Of a stretch of 48,534 bases of DNA, positions 1 through 12,800 are shown piece by piece. Position 1 is the stretch's first letter. Every line of letters begins with the position of its first letter. A model generated the notes under the pieces. It was not told where the DNA came from. It was given only the letters and a program-made list of their open reading frames with translations, and ran no database searches. Position numbers and translations under genes: made by a program. Source of the stretch: Craspedostauros australis (lineage: Eukaryota). The stretch covers positions 1 through 48,534 of the forward strand of contig JALAGF010003324.1 in the NCBI GenBank assembly GCA_030167865.1, in the 5' to 3' direction.

Positions 1-1445
1 GGCCCGCTGCCATCGGTACGTCGGAAGTGCACACCATCACGTACCTGCTCGTATTGTGAGTCCTCGTACTCTATGCAAGTACGCTGATCTTCTATTCTGC
101 TCGCTTGCGTTATTCCAACTGTGCTTCGTACCTCGTTGCTCGCGCTGTGGTCAATGGCAGTATAGCAACGGAGACTCCAAGTCTTTTGTGGGTGCGGCCA
201 GGCGATGGTGCTGTGATAATGCAAGCTGATGTTTGTGAAGAGAAGGGACAAGAGGCGGGTCCGAGGTATTGCGTATTGGTACTTGTGGCAGTAGTGCTAA
301 TGGCTTGTTTCATTCCGCGCAACAAGCCTTTGGCAGGCGCAGCGTACTGGTACATATATCAGTGGTGGCCGGAACAAGATTCCGCGCTCTGCAACACGGT
401 GGAGCCAAAAGCGTATTTCTTCAACTCCTTCGTGATCTTCGTCGTCCCTTTTCTCCCGGTGCCACTCTCTCTCTCTATCTTTCTCCTACTCCATGCGTAC
501 CTGACCATCGACAGCCAAAAAGAGTCCCTGTTGTCGACGGCGCCGAGATGCGAGAACTGAAATAACTTTGGGGAGTGGGTGAGTACGTTGTGGTTAGGCA
601 GTTATGGTGGGAACCAGACATTCAGCTCGACCACAGCGCCAACCCTACACACGTTTGCATACGTCACATTTCGACGTCTTGTACTTCTCACTACGCAACT
701 TCTGCCACCCGTGCTGCACTTTGTTAGGAGCGTCGCAGACGACATGCTGATGTCACATCCACCAACCAACGAGAAATCATCCGCCACAACGGAGAACGCG
801 CCAAGCGTCATCGCCAAGGGTGGAACAATTTGGCGGCATCTGTTGTGTTGCTGATGTCTGTTGAGGTCATCCAGCCCAACAGCTTGTTTCTTCTCCGGCT
901 CTCGTCAGGTATGTGCCCTGACCTCGTGTTACGTTAAACAGATTTAAATGTCACACTTGCACCGTCATCCAATCCGCGCTATCCGACATTCCATTCGCAG
1001 TTGCTCTAATGATTATGGTTGTGTGTGCATGTTGCACCGATTGCAGCGAGACACGGTGAGGTGGTGCTCCGAAACATGAATGATTCGTTCGGTAGATCCT
1101 GGTGTGCAAGGGGTTCTTTTGATGTACCATGAACGGAACCATATCGTCCGATATGCAATTGTCCGCAAATGCAGCGTTCGCGATGGTGTTTAGTCCGAGC
1201 AGACGGTGTTCGCGTCATCATCGATCATGGTTGAGCGTTGTTGGTGCGGACGTCCCCCACCACAACGGTTGAGACTTGATCTGCCAATGCTCGTGCAAGG
1301 CAGACTAGATCGTATGGCACTCTATTATTATCATGTGTTTGGGGTTGGGGGTAAAATTGTTGTCTTTCTATGGATTATTGCTTCGTATCGTATCATGTAT
1401 GGTATTGTCGTTCCCGACTCTATGCGCTTGGTAGTTAGCGTGATT

Positions 1446-2663
1446 TCACATCGCCATTGGTGTCAGCAGGCAGGCATGCTTTTCGTTGCTGCTCATGTCG
1501 AGCATGAGGATGTGCAGCGCCTCGCGCTGTTTCGATTCCGTCGCTATACTTGCGTCGATCGCCCAGCTGGGGATCTTGGAACCAAAGTTGGGGGACGAAC
1601 CGAATCTATCTCCAAAGGTTCCGACGCGTTGAATTTGGCAGGATGTTGTAGATTGTTGCGGTTGGTCGTCGTTGCTGTTGTTTGCGGAGCCGGCAGCATC
1701 ATCCAGAAGCTTGAATTGGACGGTGGGACGGATGGAAGGAGCTGTGCCAGTGGGCAAGCTGGACTCGCATTCGTAGATGTGAATAGGACACTGCAGCAGG
1801 TTGGCGAGGACCGTGAGTTCGGGACCGCCCGCGTAGAGGCCGCCAGCCGCACCTGCGGTTTGCAACTGGATGAGGTAGTTGTTGATGGCTTCGAGGTCAT
1901 TGCTGCCGAACTCGGCCAGCGCAGCGGATTGCAGAAGCTTGCGGGTTGTCGCAATTTGCTTCCCAGACACGAAGAGCGTCGATGATGGCGGCGACCGCGC
2001 GAGAACCTTCGCGATGAGATGCCGCCACTCCTGCGGTGTGCGTTGGGCCGAGGGATCGTTTTCGTTTTGCTTTTCGAGTCCCAACCGGATGGTTCGGAAT
2101 ACGCAGTCGCCGTCACCGAGGACGTTGGTCATGGAAAAGAGTTGATTTCGACTGCCGCTGGCAGGTGAGTGGAAGAATTGCGGGTGAACGCATCCTGCGT
2201 TGTGGAGGATGGTCGGGTCGGACATATCGATGGGAGAGCCTTTCTCATTTTGGCTGCGCTGCAGCACGAAAGTGGCCGATCTTACTACTCGCTTCGCCTT
2301 GGTGGTGAGTTCCTGGGCCTCCAATGCCGCAGTTGGCGCCATTTGAAGCTGCGAATTGCTGGTATGCGGAGTCGACGAAGATATCCGCTTCTGCTTCTGT
2401 TTCTGTGCCACTTTGGGCACTGATGATGCCAACGGAGGTGCCGACGGTTGCATGGAGGAGGAGCGCGCTGGATTGTGCCGTTGGATGGCCATGGCCTCCG
2501 CCACATGCAACGAACACAAGGAGCCGTGTGCTGCCATCATCGCCATCGCCGTAATCATCAGCAGGCGTGATGGCATCGCAGCGCTGATGCTTCGTTGCTG
2601 TCTGCTCATCTCTGACGTTGTCGATGATGATGATGATGTTGGTGGTGTCATTGTCTTTGTCAT
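1446..2663 (-). CDS. OTU-family cysteine protease (deubiquitinase-like) with a signal-peptide-like N-terminus; alternative start at 2576 (MPSRLLMITAM)
   Basis: OTU motifs are present: NVLGDGDCVFRTI (catalytic Asp/Cys; Cys codon 2103-2105), YAGGPELTVLANLLQCPIHIYE, and LHIL...EKHACLL (His codon 1476-1478). A hydrophobic stretch LLMITAMAMMAAHGSLCSLHVAEA lies near the N-terminus. Confidence 0.8.
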   Translation of the reverse strand: MTKTMTPPTSSSSSTTSEMSRQQRSISAAMPSRLLMITAMAMMAAHGSLCSLHVAEAMAIQRHNPARSSSMQPSAPPLASSVPKVAQKQKQKRISSSTPHTSNSQLQMAPTAALEAQELTTKAKRVVRSATFVLQRSQNEKGSPIDMSDPTILHNAGCVHPQFFHSPASGSRNQLFSMTNVLGDGDCVFRTIRLGLEKQNENDPSAQRTPQEWRHLIAKVLARSPPSSTLFVSGKQIATTRKLLQSAALAEFGSNDLEAINNYLIQLQTAGAAGGLYAGGPELTVLANLLQCPIHIYECESSLPTGTAPSIRPTVQFKLLDDAAGSANNSNDDQPQQSTTSCQIQRVGTFGDRFGSSPNFGSKIPSWAIDASIATESKQREALHILMLDMSSNEKHACLLTPMAM

Positions 2664-3026
2664 TGTTTGGGCGAGTGCGAGTGCGCGTGTTGTGATTAGG
2701 TCGTTGCTGGACGATTTGTTGATTGGGGGATTGGCTGGCTCAATTTATGACCTCCGTGGAACAACATGAGGAAGGCATTGATGCGAGAGCCAATGCCGTC
2801 AACACAGCCAAGACGATGCAATCAGATGTCATCAATGAGATCGATGCCAAGCAGAACAAAAGATGGAAGAAAGAAGGAAAACGAACTGGGGGATGGTGAC
2901 ATGTGTTTGGCATGGTTTGGTTGTGTGTTCCGCACGATCGGAACAGCGATTTCCACGTGCGCGGCGCGTGCCCGCATTTCGTCGTGAGTATTCATATTAC
3001 CGCAACTTCCAACTAACAATCTACTC

Positions 3027-5732
3027 TTATTTCTTAGCCTGGCGTTCCAATCTGATCAATTTCGAACGTTCCATCGCCAACGATTTCTTCACCGCGTACC
3101 GTTTGGCCTGGGACAAGGAGAAGGACTCCAGTTGCTCCTCCAAGGCAACAACAGAGGCCTTCAGCTTGGTTCTTTCTTCGTTCATGAGATCGCCGGCTGC
3201 TGTGGTTGCGATTTCGGTTTCCGTTTCCGTTTCGGTTGGTGCTGGTGCTGACGTCGTAGTTGTGGTTTCGGCTGGTGCCGGTGCTGCGACTGCTGCCATT
3301 TCTTTCGCCACCACTGGCTCGGTTGCTGGTTCTGCAAGGGTCGCCTTTGCTTCGGTTGGTGGGAGCTTCTTCTCGTCTTTCTCCTTTGCGATGGGCGCTG
3401 GCTCAGCTGCGATTGCGGGTGCGTCGTCGCTAGCCGAATTCGCTGCAGTTGCCTGGCCCGCAAGAGCCTCTTTCATGGCTTCGATCTGCCGTCCGTAGGC
3501 CGCCGCCTGCGCATGGCTCAGCTTGGTCTGCAGGTAGGCCAGATTGTCCACCTTCTCCTGCCGGACCATGCGTTGCGGATTTTGCTGCAGATGGACGGCG
3601 ACGGATTTGCTGCAGTGCGTTGTTAGCATACCCAGGACGAACGGGATCTGCCGAATGTCGTTGGCCTGGAATTGGAGGGTGCGCAGCTGAGGAGAGGAGG
3701 CGCACAGTCGCAGGATCCATGTCTCGGAGATGGATTTGACGTAATTATGAGAGATGTCGAAGTACTCAAAGCTCTGCGTGAAGCGGGCTGCGTCATCGAG
3801 AGACGCGATTTGGTTGTGGGACACGTTCAGGTGTCTCAAACTGACGCAGCGATTGTGAAGTTTCGGGAAATGCCGCAATCGGTTGCCGGATAGATTGATG
3901 GATTGGAGTTTGGGCATGCCGCCATCTCCTTGTGCTGGCAGTTCGAAGGATGTCAACCGGTTGTTGGAAAGATCCAAATGTGTGAGATGCGGGAAGGATA
4001 AGGCCAACGACGGAAACTGTTGAAGTTGGATGTGATTGATCTCGATCTTGGAGACGGTATTGGCTGCGAACAAAGAGTCGGGCAAGGTACCGAGGCCGAC
4101 GATGTTTCCCTTGGCCTTTCCATCGAGGATGATCGCCTCGACTAGCACACAATCGCTATCTGCATGATCCTCTTGGCGTTGGGCGACTTCGTCACCGATC
4201 GCTTCCAAATCTTGCGGCGAGAGTGGTGCATGGGTCGACCATCGTCCAAAATTCATGATGCCGCGATCATCCAATACGGATGCCAACAGCGATGCCGACT
4301 TTGGCGCTGACCCTTTGGTGGCAGGTGCGTTTGTCGCCGCGGATGTGGGTGCCGATGATGATGGATTTGCGCTCCCTTGGCCTTCTGCCTTCATGCGTTT
4401 TCGAAAGAGTTCCATCAAGGCACGCAGAGAGAGATTTTGGCTGTTGGGAATACGCCACAACGGATTGTTGTGGATGTTGCAATGCTGCAGGTTGGTGCAC
4501 AAGCCAATTTGGTTGGGCAGCGTGGTCTTGAATTGATTGGAGGCGAGATTGAGGCGCTGCAGCGAAGTTTGGAGCCGGATGAAGATGGCGCCATCGAGCT
4601 GCGTGAGGTAGTTGTCGTGGAGATAGAGCTCTTGGCACTTTAAGGCGGTGCTCGTGGCGGCACTTGGCTGTGACAAGATACCACTAAGATCTGTGAGCTT
4701 GTTGTTGCTGACGTCGTATCGCACGATGGATGGCAACAAGGGTGGCACGGCGGTGGTCAATCGATTGTAGGACAGGTTCAGAACCTCGAGCACTTTTGTT
4801 TGGAGCTGGGAAGCGTCTGCAATCTGATTGTGCGATGCATTGAACGACTTTAACGAATGGTCGCATTGCAGATGGGTGATGCTGGGAAGGGAAGTGAATT
4901 GGTTGTGCGCGACGTCGAGGTGTTGCAGATTGGGACAGTGCATTGCCTCCAACGATGTGATTTGGTTGTTGGAGGCATCGAGCACACGAAGGTTTGGGAA
5001 CGCGGTCGGTGCCTCGTTGGTTGACTCATTGTTCGTGGCGGTGATAGCTTGCAGCTTGTTGTTGGAGAGGTTGAGCTCTTGCAATGTCTGCGCGCAGCTC
5101 CCCAGGTTGATGGTCGTGAGCTGATTCTGAGACAGGTCGAGGATGGCGAGGTGTTCGAAGGTTGTGGGGAATGAGATTGGGATGCGAGCGGTGCCATTGG
5201 CATTGGTGGACGTCGCAATCTCTTTCAGATTGCATCGGCGCAGACGAAGGATTTGAAGCAATGGGAACTGATCGAGTTCGAAGGCAGGTGTCTCCGCCTT
5301 TGCGTCTGCATCAGCAGCGACGTCAAGGTCATTGTCGGAAAGATCCAGCAAGGAAACGTTTTCCTCGGCAAAGGACTGGTGGTGGCTGGAACTGAGGGTG
5401 TTGGATGTCATGCTGTACTCCACCTTGGCCCTGAGATCGACGGCAGGCAGCGGCGCGGACAGCCCCATGTTGGCGAGGTTGAGCTTGCCCGTCTGTCTCG
5501 CTCTTTGCAGCGCCTGATCAAACCGCTTTTGCGAGAACGTGGAATGGATCACCGCAGGCGGGTCGTCGGTTGGTCGGGTCGCCATGTGGTTGTTGCCCTT
5601 GCCATCGCCAGTATCGGGAGTGTTGTCAGTCGAAGCACGCGCGGCGTCGTTGGTGGTGGCCGCTGCCGCAGGAGCCGCGATGCCATGAGCAGCCGCGAAG
5701 GCCGGGTTGAGCTGGAAGTGGCGCTTCGGCAT
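3027..5732 (-). CDS. Leucine-rich repeat protein, LRRC40-like (about 901 aa; likely start ATG 5732, MPKRHFQL)
   Basis: Many LxxLxLSxNxL repeats occur in two blocks. The N-terminal ARQTGKLNLANMGL resembles the LRRC40 N-cap, and the C-terminus is a predicted coiled coil (LEEQLESFSLSQAKRYAVKKSLAMER). The ORF-track start at 6008 is not an ATG, and the extension upstream of 5732 looks non-coding. Confidence 0.85.
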   Translation of the reverse strand: MPKRHFQLNPAFAAAHGIAAPAAAATTNDAARASTDNTPDTGDGKGNNHMATRPTDDPPAVIHSTFSQKRFDQALQRARQTGKLNLANMGLSAPLPAVDLRAKVEYSMTSNTLSSSHHQSFAEENVSLLDLSDNDLDVAADADAKAETPAFELDQFPLLQILRLRRCNLKEIATSTNANGTARIPISFPTTFEHLAILDLSQNQLTTINLGSCAQTLQELNLSNNKLQAITATNNESTNEAPTAFPNLRVLDASNNQITSLEAMHCPNLQHLDVAHNQFTSLPSITHLQCDHSLKSFNASHNQIADASQLQTKVLEVLNLSYNRLTTAVPPLLPSIVRYDVSNNKLTDLSGILSQPSAATSTALKCQELYLHDNYLTQLDGAIFIRLQTSLQRLNLASNQFKTTLPNQIGLCTNLQHCNIHNNPLWRIPNSQNLSLRALMELFRKRMKAEGQGSANPSSSAPTSAATNAPATKGSAPKSASLLASVLDDRGIMNFGRWSTHAPLSPQDLEAIGDEVAQRQEDHADSDCVLVEAIILDGKAKGNIVGLGTLPDSLFAANTVSKIEINHIQLQQFPSLALSFPHLTHLDLSNNRLTSFELPAQGDGGMPKLQSINLSGNRLRHFPKLHNRCVSLRHLNVSHNQIASLDDAARFTQSFEYFDISHNYVKSISETWILRLCASSPQLRTLQFQANDIRQIPFVLGMLTTHCSKSVAVHLQQNPQRMVRQEKVDNLAYLQTKLSHAQAAAYGRQIEAMKEALAGQATAANSASDDAPAIAAEPAPIAKEKDEKKLPPTEAKATLAEPATEPVVAKEMAAVAAPAPAETTTTTSAPAPTETETETEIATTAAGDLMNEERTKLKASVVALEEQLESFSLSQAKRYAVKKSLAMERSKLIRLERQAKK

Positions 5733-6840
5733 GCTTCGCGAGGTTGGCGTCGGTGGTACGCAATCAGAGATGTAAGCCAGGGGATTTGGATGTGATTGGA
5801 GATGCTGGATGTATTGAAGACTATGATCATAGATCAGCGGAGAGAGAAAGTATGGGACAAGGATGGGAGCGAGCGCATCAGAGATGGGGCTCCGGTCCAT
5901 GTTGCTGCCGACGACGCAAAGCGCCAACGATCCTTCGGTGCGCACGACAACTGCGACGTGTGCGGAACAAGATCCGAACGGTACGTTCGTGACTGAACGG
6001 TTTGACAATACAGATAGTGACTGGATTACGGTCTACCATATCCCCAGCCTTGAATGTGCAGAATCTGACGCTAGGGAGCAGCGGCTACCTCCACCAAAAC
6101 AAGAAAGTAAACGAGAAAGAAAAAAGTCACAACCTCCCTCCACACAGAAGCACACACAGAGACGAAGAGAGAAACCCGCCCAAATCGTATTGGACGAAAT
6201 GAAATGGGACGCTGCGCGACACGTCTCGTGGCCATGTTCCGAGACGTTGTTTCTCTCTTTGCTCCCATGAAAGTTCTCCAGTGGGCTTGCTTTCTTGGAT
6301 CACATTGCCGACCCGTTTCTGCTCGACGAGTCTGCTCAGCTGGTAAACTGGGCGACTCCAACGTTGCTAGCATACGATACTATCCCTTTACGACCCACTC
6401 GTCTGGTGCAGCCGTGTATTATCCTCGTAGCGCACAACTACAACTATCTCCATAGGTGCTTGTGGCAACAATCCATACTCTCCAGACAGCTCAACCAGAG
6501 AGTCCACGAGAGCACTGTGAAACGCGCATTGATTCATCAGTCTGTCAGGTTCCGCAAGATCGCGGACATTTGGAGACCAATTCCGAGCTGGAGAGGCAAA
6601 ACCGGCCGAAAGATAGATACGGAGGTTGGCGCGAAGCCTTGTTGTGGAGGAAGACACCAAACGCATCATAGCGCAACATAACGCAACATAACGCAACGCA
6701 ACGCATCACGGAATCCCGAGACGGAGGGGAGCGCATAGTCCTCGTTCCAGTAACCTTGCGTTCCCAGAGGTGGTCACACAGCCAGCAATCACAAGAGCAG
6801 AAGCAGAAGCAGCTGGAGCAGCAGCTGCGGCACCGCCACG

Positions 6841-9800
6841 ATGCCCAGCAATCAGCAAGCGCCGCTGTCACGGGAGGAGCGCACGAGGGAACGGCGCGCA
6901 CGTCGCGAGGCGATAGACTCCGCAGCTTCCGCAGTGTCCGCCTCCACTCCTTCGCGTGCCCACACAACGCCCGTGCGTCTCACTGCGGAAGAACGCGCCA
7001 TGCTCACGGTCTCCTCCACCTCGACTTCGGCAGGCACCAGACGCGGCGGCGGAGACCGCGATCGCGACAGAGAGCGGGAGCGCGAGAGACGGCGAGAGGA
7101 ACGCAGGCAGCGCAGGAACAGCGGCGACACGCTCTACAGCGGCTCGACCGCGGATGCATCCATATCCAATGCGACCAACGCTTCCGGTCGGACCTCCGCC
7201 ACCGATTACGACAACGGCGGCGCCCCCATCTCCACCAGCGAAGACCGCGCCCAGCGGTACCTGCAGAGGCGCAGAGATCGGGAGGCCGCTGCGGCAGCAG
7301 CATCAGGTGCCTCGTCGCCGCCATCATCCGCCGCAGATCGACGCTCCGGTTATCCGCGCTCCAGAAGGGCCAGCGGGGGTGGCAGCATCCCCCACTCGGA
7401 TGCGCATTCGCATTCTGACGATCATCATCGCTACTCTTCTCGCAGATCGCATGACGACGACACCCACGCCTCCGCAAGCTCGGGGTACTCGGCACGTAGA
7501 TCTGGCCGTGATAGAGATCACCACCATCGCGATCGCGATCATCACCGGGATAGAGATCGCGAACGTGGTGATGGCGAATCGGCCTACTCCGGTGCCAGCT
7601 CTGCGGCGGGATCGTCGCGACGAAGGGGCGGTGCGGGCGAGCCGCGTCCCAGCAGAAGGCACGCCTCCGATTCGGGAACCTCGGATGCCGGCCATTCCGA
7701 ACGTCCCAGGCGTCGTCACACATCCGGCGACGGTGGCCTCACAGGAACCGCGACAGCGGGCCAGCCGAATGCCGCTTCATTATCGCACGAAGATGAAATC
7801 GAACGCATCCGAGAATTGAGGGAACGGCGTTTGCGAGGGGAACGTGGTTCCACGGAAGCACCGAGGCGTGCGCACACCGATGTACACGACCATCAGCGCT
7901 ACTCCTCGCGCAGCCGTACCAGAAGCCGCGATCGTTTGGACCCATCCCGCGCGAGAAGTCGCGACCGTCTCTCCTCCTCCAATCACAGGGAGGAACGTGG
8001 CAGCAGCAGAGATCGTCTCGCACCATCCAGAGACGACCGAGGCAAGAGCCGAGAGCGAATCTTGAGCGACCGGGAACGTGCGCGCATGCATCGCAGGGAA
8101 CGTCTGGAGGGTGGCGCACCGCGCGAACGCTCGACGCGTGGCAATCGCACGGCCGGAATTTCGTCCGCCTCATCCGTGACATCCTCGGGACCGACCAGCA
8201 AGATGCATCGCAGTTCCAGCGTCGATGGATTGCAAGAGCACGGCAAGGACATGCGACGGCCGTCATCTTCTAGAGAATTGCGCACGGATCAACGCAGGTC
8301 GCGCCGGCACCATGCCATGGACGACGATGATCGGCGCGGTAGCGACCATCGACAGCCATCCTCATCAACGTCTCTCACATCCACTGGTTCCAACGTGTCG
8401 AACCAACAGCACCAGGGTGGCGGTGGCGCCACTTACGATGATTACACAATGGAACTGTCATCGTCGAGACATGAGGAGACCAAGAGATCCTCATACCTGG
8501 AGGAACGAGAAGCACGGCGCCAGAAACGACGCCAGTCCTTATCCTCTCTCAATGACACGGCCTCGACCACCACGGCGACCACATCCGCATCATCCACTCT
8601 CAATAACAGCAACCACGAACCAGACGAACCCTCATCCGGCAACAGCAGCGAATTGGCCAGAATACGACAACGGCGCGAGGCGCAACGAGCAGCCTTGCGC
8701 AAGCAACGAGGAAGTAACAAGCAGAACTCGACTCCGGATCGACGGGCGCGTGCAGAGGCGCAGAAGGCCAGGACGGTACGGCGACAAAAGTCTGTTACTG
8801 CGGCAACCCCCTTGCGTGGTGCGATGCCGGATCCTTCCAAAGGCCTGTTGCCACAATCAGTATCATCACCAACAACGGAGGTGCCACCAACGCATGTGAC
8901 AAAGACAGAAGCCGCAACGTCGCGGACGGCATTGGCGTCTGCAAATGCACCAACAACCGCGCTTGGAGATACCAAGGACAAAACCATTCCTGAAATTACA
9001 ACCGCCGATAGCAGTTTCGATATCCCCGATCTCGAATTCAGCGATGCCGAAGAAGACCCTGACGCCATCGATCTGGATCAATCGGGTTGGAGCGTCCGCG
9101 TCTTCGTCGTTTCGGCTGTCGACCTGCCAATCCACGTTGTGCCGAACACGCCCCTCTGCCCTGTCCTCAAATTCGGCCTCGTCAAGATGCCGAGCGGCAA
9201 CGCAGAAGAGCTGCACGATAGGTTGGGCGATTCCAGCGTCGCTGCGTTGAGAACGGCGCGCGTACGTTCCACGACCAGCAAGATCCTCAGCAAGCGAGAT
9301 AATGGTTCCGTCGATTTTCATCAGGAGCTGCGTTGGGATCGCATCCGCCACCCAATGAACACCTCGCTTTGCGTCGAAATCTCCGCCCAAGCTGTGAGAT
9401 CTCCCGCCAACCACAAGGAATCGCCGCAGGCCATCCTCTCAACTCCACTCACCATGGAGCCTTCCAAGGAATCCACCAACGATCTTGGCGGTGGCATGAA
9501 GCGAAGCGCCAGCAGCGGCGCCATGAAACGATCCAAAAGTGTCGATGGATTCACCTCTGGTGACAGCGGCAGGCGCGGCGTATCCCGCAATGCCTCCGGT
9601 TCCGATGACGACATGAACAACAACAACGCCCCTGGTGGCTTGCGCGCGCTGTGGAGAAAGGCCACCAACCGCAAGGCTGCAGAATTGGAGGCCGCCAATG
9701 CTGCCGCGGCGGTTGCGCGCATGCTTGTGGAGCAAGACGCGCCTCCGGGTGCGGCGACCGGCACAGAGCCGTCCTCCGCAGCAGCCACGGCCCGCGCCAT

Positions 9801-12800
9801 CGCCACTCCAGCACAACCGCAGACCGATTACGACGTGACGTTGAAAACAGATGAATCCACGAAGGACACAGCAAAAATGACTCAGGATTTGCGGTTGGGT
9901 TCCGTCGTAATCCCTCTCACGAGCCTCCCACTTGGCATGGCCATGGATGGCAATCAGACCGCGCGCGTGGAACAATGGTACCCAGTCGATCATCTGGAGT
10001 CCTCCGAGTTTGGTGGCAAGAAGCCCAGGGTGTTGTTGGAAATCTCCTTTGCGTCTCCAGACAACCTCGATGACAGCGAGGATGAGATGGATCCAGATGA
10101 TCTGCTGCATGAAAGCAACTCCAGCCTGTCCTTCAATGCCTCCAAAACAATGGCCATGATGCAAGCCTCCTTCTCGAGACGCGCCTCCCTTGATGCCCTC
10201 AACTCGCGGCAAGAGGAAGCTGGCGAATCCAAACACCACCAACAGCAGCAGCAACAGCAAGACACGAAGAAGAAAAAGAAGATAAGCGATCCCGTGCTGC
10301 AACCAGGTGTCGTTGATTTCATATCTGTCATCGGTCCAAAGGATTTGGGCAATCTGGTGACCGAAGCATCGAACACGGGCGACGGATGGATCGAGAACTG
10401 CCATCCCAAATCCGTCATCCTGGAGCAGTTCCCACCCAGCGACGAATACTACCAATCCATCAAACGTTCCGCGACGTTGCAGAATATGACGGAATGGTTC
10501 TCCTTTCCCGAAGGCATGCGATTGTGGCGTGGGCCGAATCCACCGACGCATTCCGATTTGAACCTCAAGCGATTCTCAGCGTCGTCGCCGCCCAACATCA
10601 CGAGTTCTACGACGGCGGCCTTCGATGCGTGTTTGAATTGCACGTCGGCCTTCACCTGGTTCCTCATTGCTTCCAATTCTGATGAATACGGCTCGTCGTT
10701 GGTCAAGACGTACGGTGGCGTGATTCGGTTCTACGTCCCAGCCCCCGTCGATCCCAAAGAGTACACTCTCGCCAAGGATGGCATGTCGAATGGCAGCCGG
10801 TTGTGGGTACCCATGGCAATCTGCCTCACAACCAACCTGCCGATTGTTGGTGTCTTGGAGTCCATATTGCTCCGCCTATGTGAAGAGCTGACCAAAGACA
10901 ACGGCAACATCGGCGGCGCCGATGGTAATAACAACAGCAACAGCGTGATGGAGAACATCCACAAGCAGCTCGGCAAGCTGATCTTGAATTTCCAAAAACC
11001 CATTCCTGGCGCCGTCAACTGCTCAGTTCCCTTTTTGAAGGGCGAACGATTCCTGCTGTCGTTGCCACCGACAAATGGACTGCCAGCACTGCCTCACGGA
11101 CATGCTGTCATTTCGGTCTGCCGATTGCTGGGTGCGGAGGGATTGAACTTCATGCTAGCTGCCATACTCACAGAATCCAAGGTCTTGATCCATGCACATG
11201 ATCTATCCGACGTGGTAATGGCGGCCGAGGTGGTCATGGCACTTTGCTACCCATTCACATGGTCCTTCCCGTACATTCCTATCCTGCCCATTGACATGCT
11301 GGAGTTCGTGGAGGCGCCGCTGTCATACATCCTGGGTGTTCCTACCTCCAGCATCAAGCATGTGGATCCGAACTCGTTGGAAGATGTGGTGGTGATCGAT
11401 CTGGACAACGGATTCTCGACAACGAGCCAGCTGGACATGAAGAAACGCGGGGTCGTGCCCAACCCGAAAAACCCAACACCACTGCCGGCGTCGGTGGCTG
11501 CGAGCTTATCCAAATCGCTGCACAAACTCCTGCGAGCCGAAGAACTGGTGGAGGAAGAATACGCAGACGACTTTCAGCACACAAATCCGCGGTTGGAGAC
11601 GGAGAGCTTGGCCGAACGGGAATTCCGGATCGCGGTGGCTGTGCAAATCAGCAGTCTGCTGCGCGGCTATCAGGAATGCACGGGGCCAGTCTTCAACCGA
11701 GATAAATTTTTGAAGATCACACCGTCCGCGTACGAAGAGCGCAGCAAAGATGGCATGCCACCGTCCTCGTCGTCATCCTCGTCACGCGGTGGGTCGTCGT
11801 CAGCTTCGTTGCAACCATCACCACGTGCCAAACGATTTCTGTCGACGCTGGTCAGCGGACAGAACTTCCAGCAGCTGTTGGATTTCAACGAGAATCTGGG
11901 ATTCTTTCACGAGATCATGGAGGCGTTGGATGATACCGACAAGCAACCGCTGCGATCCTCGTCGGGGATGGACACCAGTGTTTCCAAGTTGGAACGCACG
12001 CTAAATCAACTGAACAAGGCATTGCAAAAGATTGAAGACAAGATCCCAACGTACCGCGTGGATACCAACTTGGAAATGGATTCGGATGATGAAGACGGAT
12101 TCTTGCTGCTCCACGAAGACCCATTTGATGATTTTACCGATTTCGATGTATTCAGCGCACCCTTCCAAGCCTCCGAAAGCAGCAAACATGCAAACAACGG
12201 CGATGGCACGTCCTCCTTCACCGAGCGCATCCTGAAACGGAGCATGAAGCTGCCAGAGCTGCCAGCTGATACGCACGATCCTGTGGGGATGATGGAATAC
12301 GAACGAATTTCCAAGGATACCCTGAAGGAACATCCGTGGGAATATCAACGATTGTTCGACATTCCGTTCAACACCAGCGCCAGCAATGGCGATGCCAACG
12401 ATGCTGACAACTCGCACACCAACGACACTGGCAAAGAGCCCTTCATTGCCATCACCGAGAAGGTTCGACTCAAGGATGCCATCGGCGAACGTCGGTATCG
12501 CGCCTGGAAACTTGCGCAAGATCGCAAACTGGAAGGCATGAACGAGTTCGACAAGGTCATAGCTGACGACTTGACGTCCGGCAAGCAAGGCACGTCGTTG
12601 GACTTGGCGAGTTTGGTGACCTCGGCCACTTCGGACATGTCGGATTCCATGTCGACCATGGGATCCACCCAGCCGGATCTGGCGTCAGGTCTCGATCCAC
12701 AGAAGCAGCGCGTGATCGATGCGAAGAATCGAGACATCCTGCGACGGTGCCTGGACAAGGCGCAGCGCAGCCATGAGATGTTCGGGGGCGGCGGCACGGG

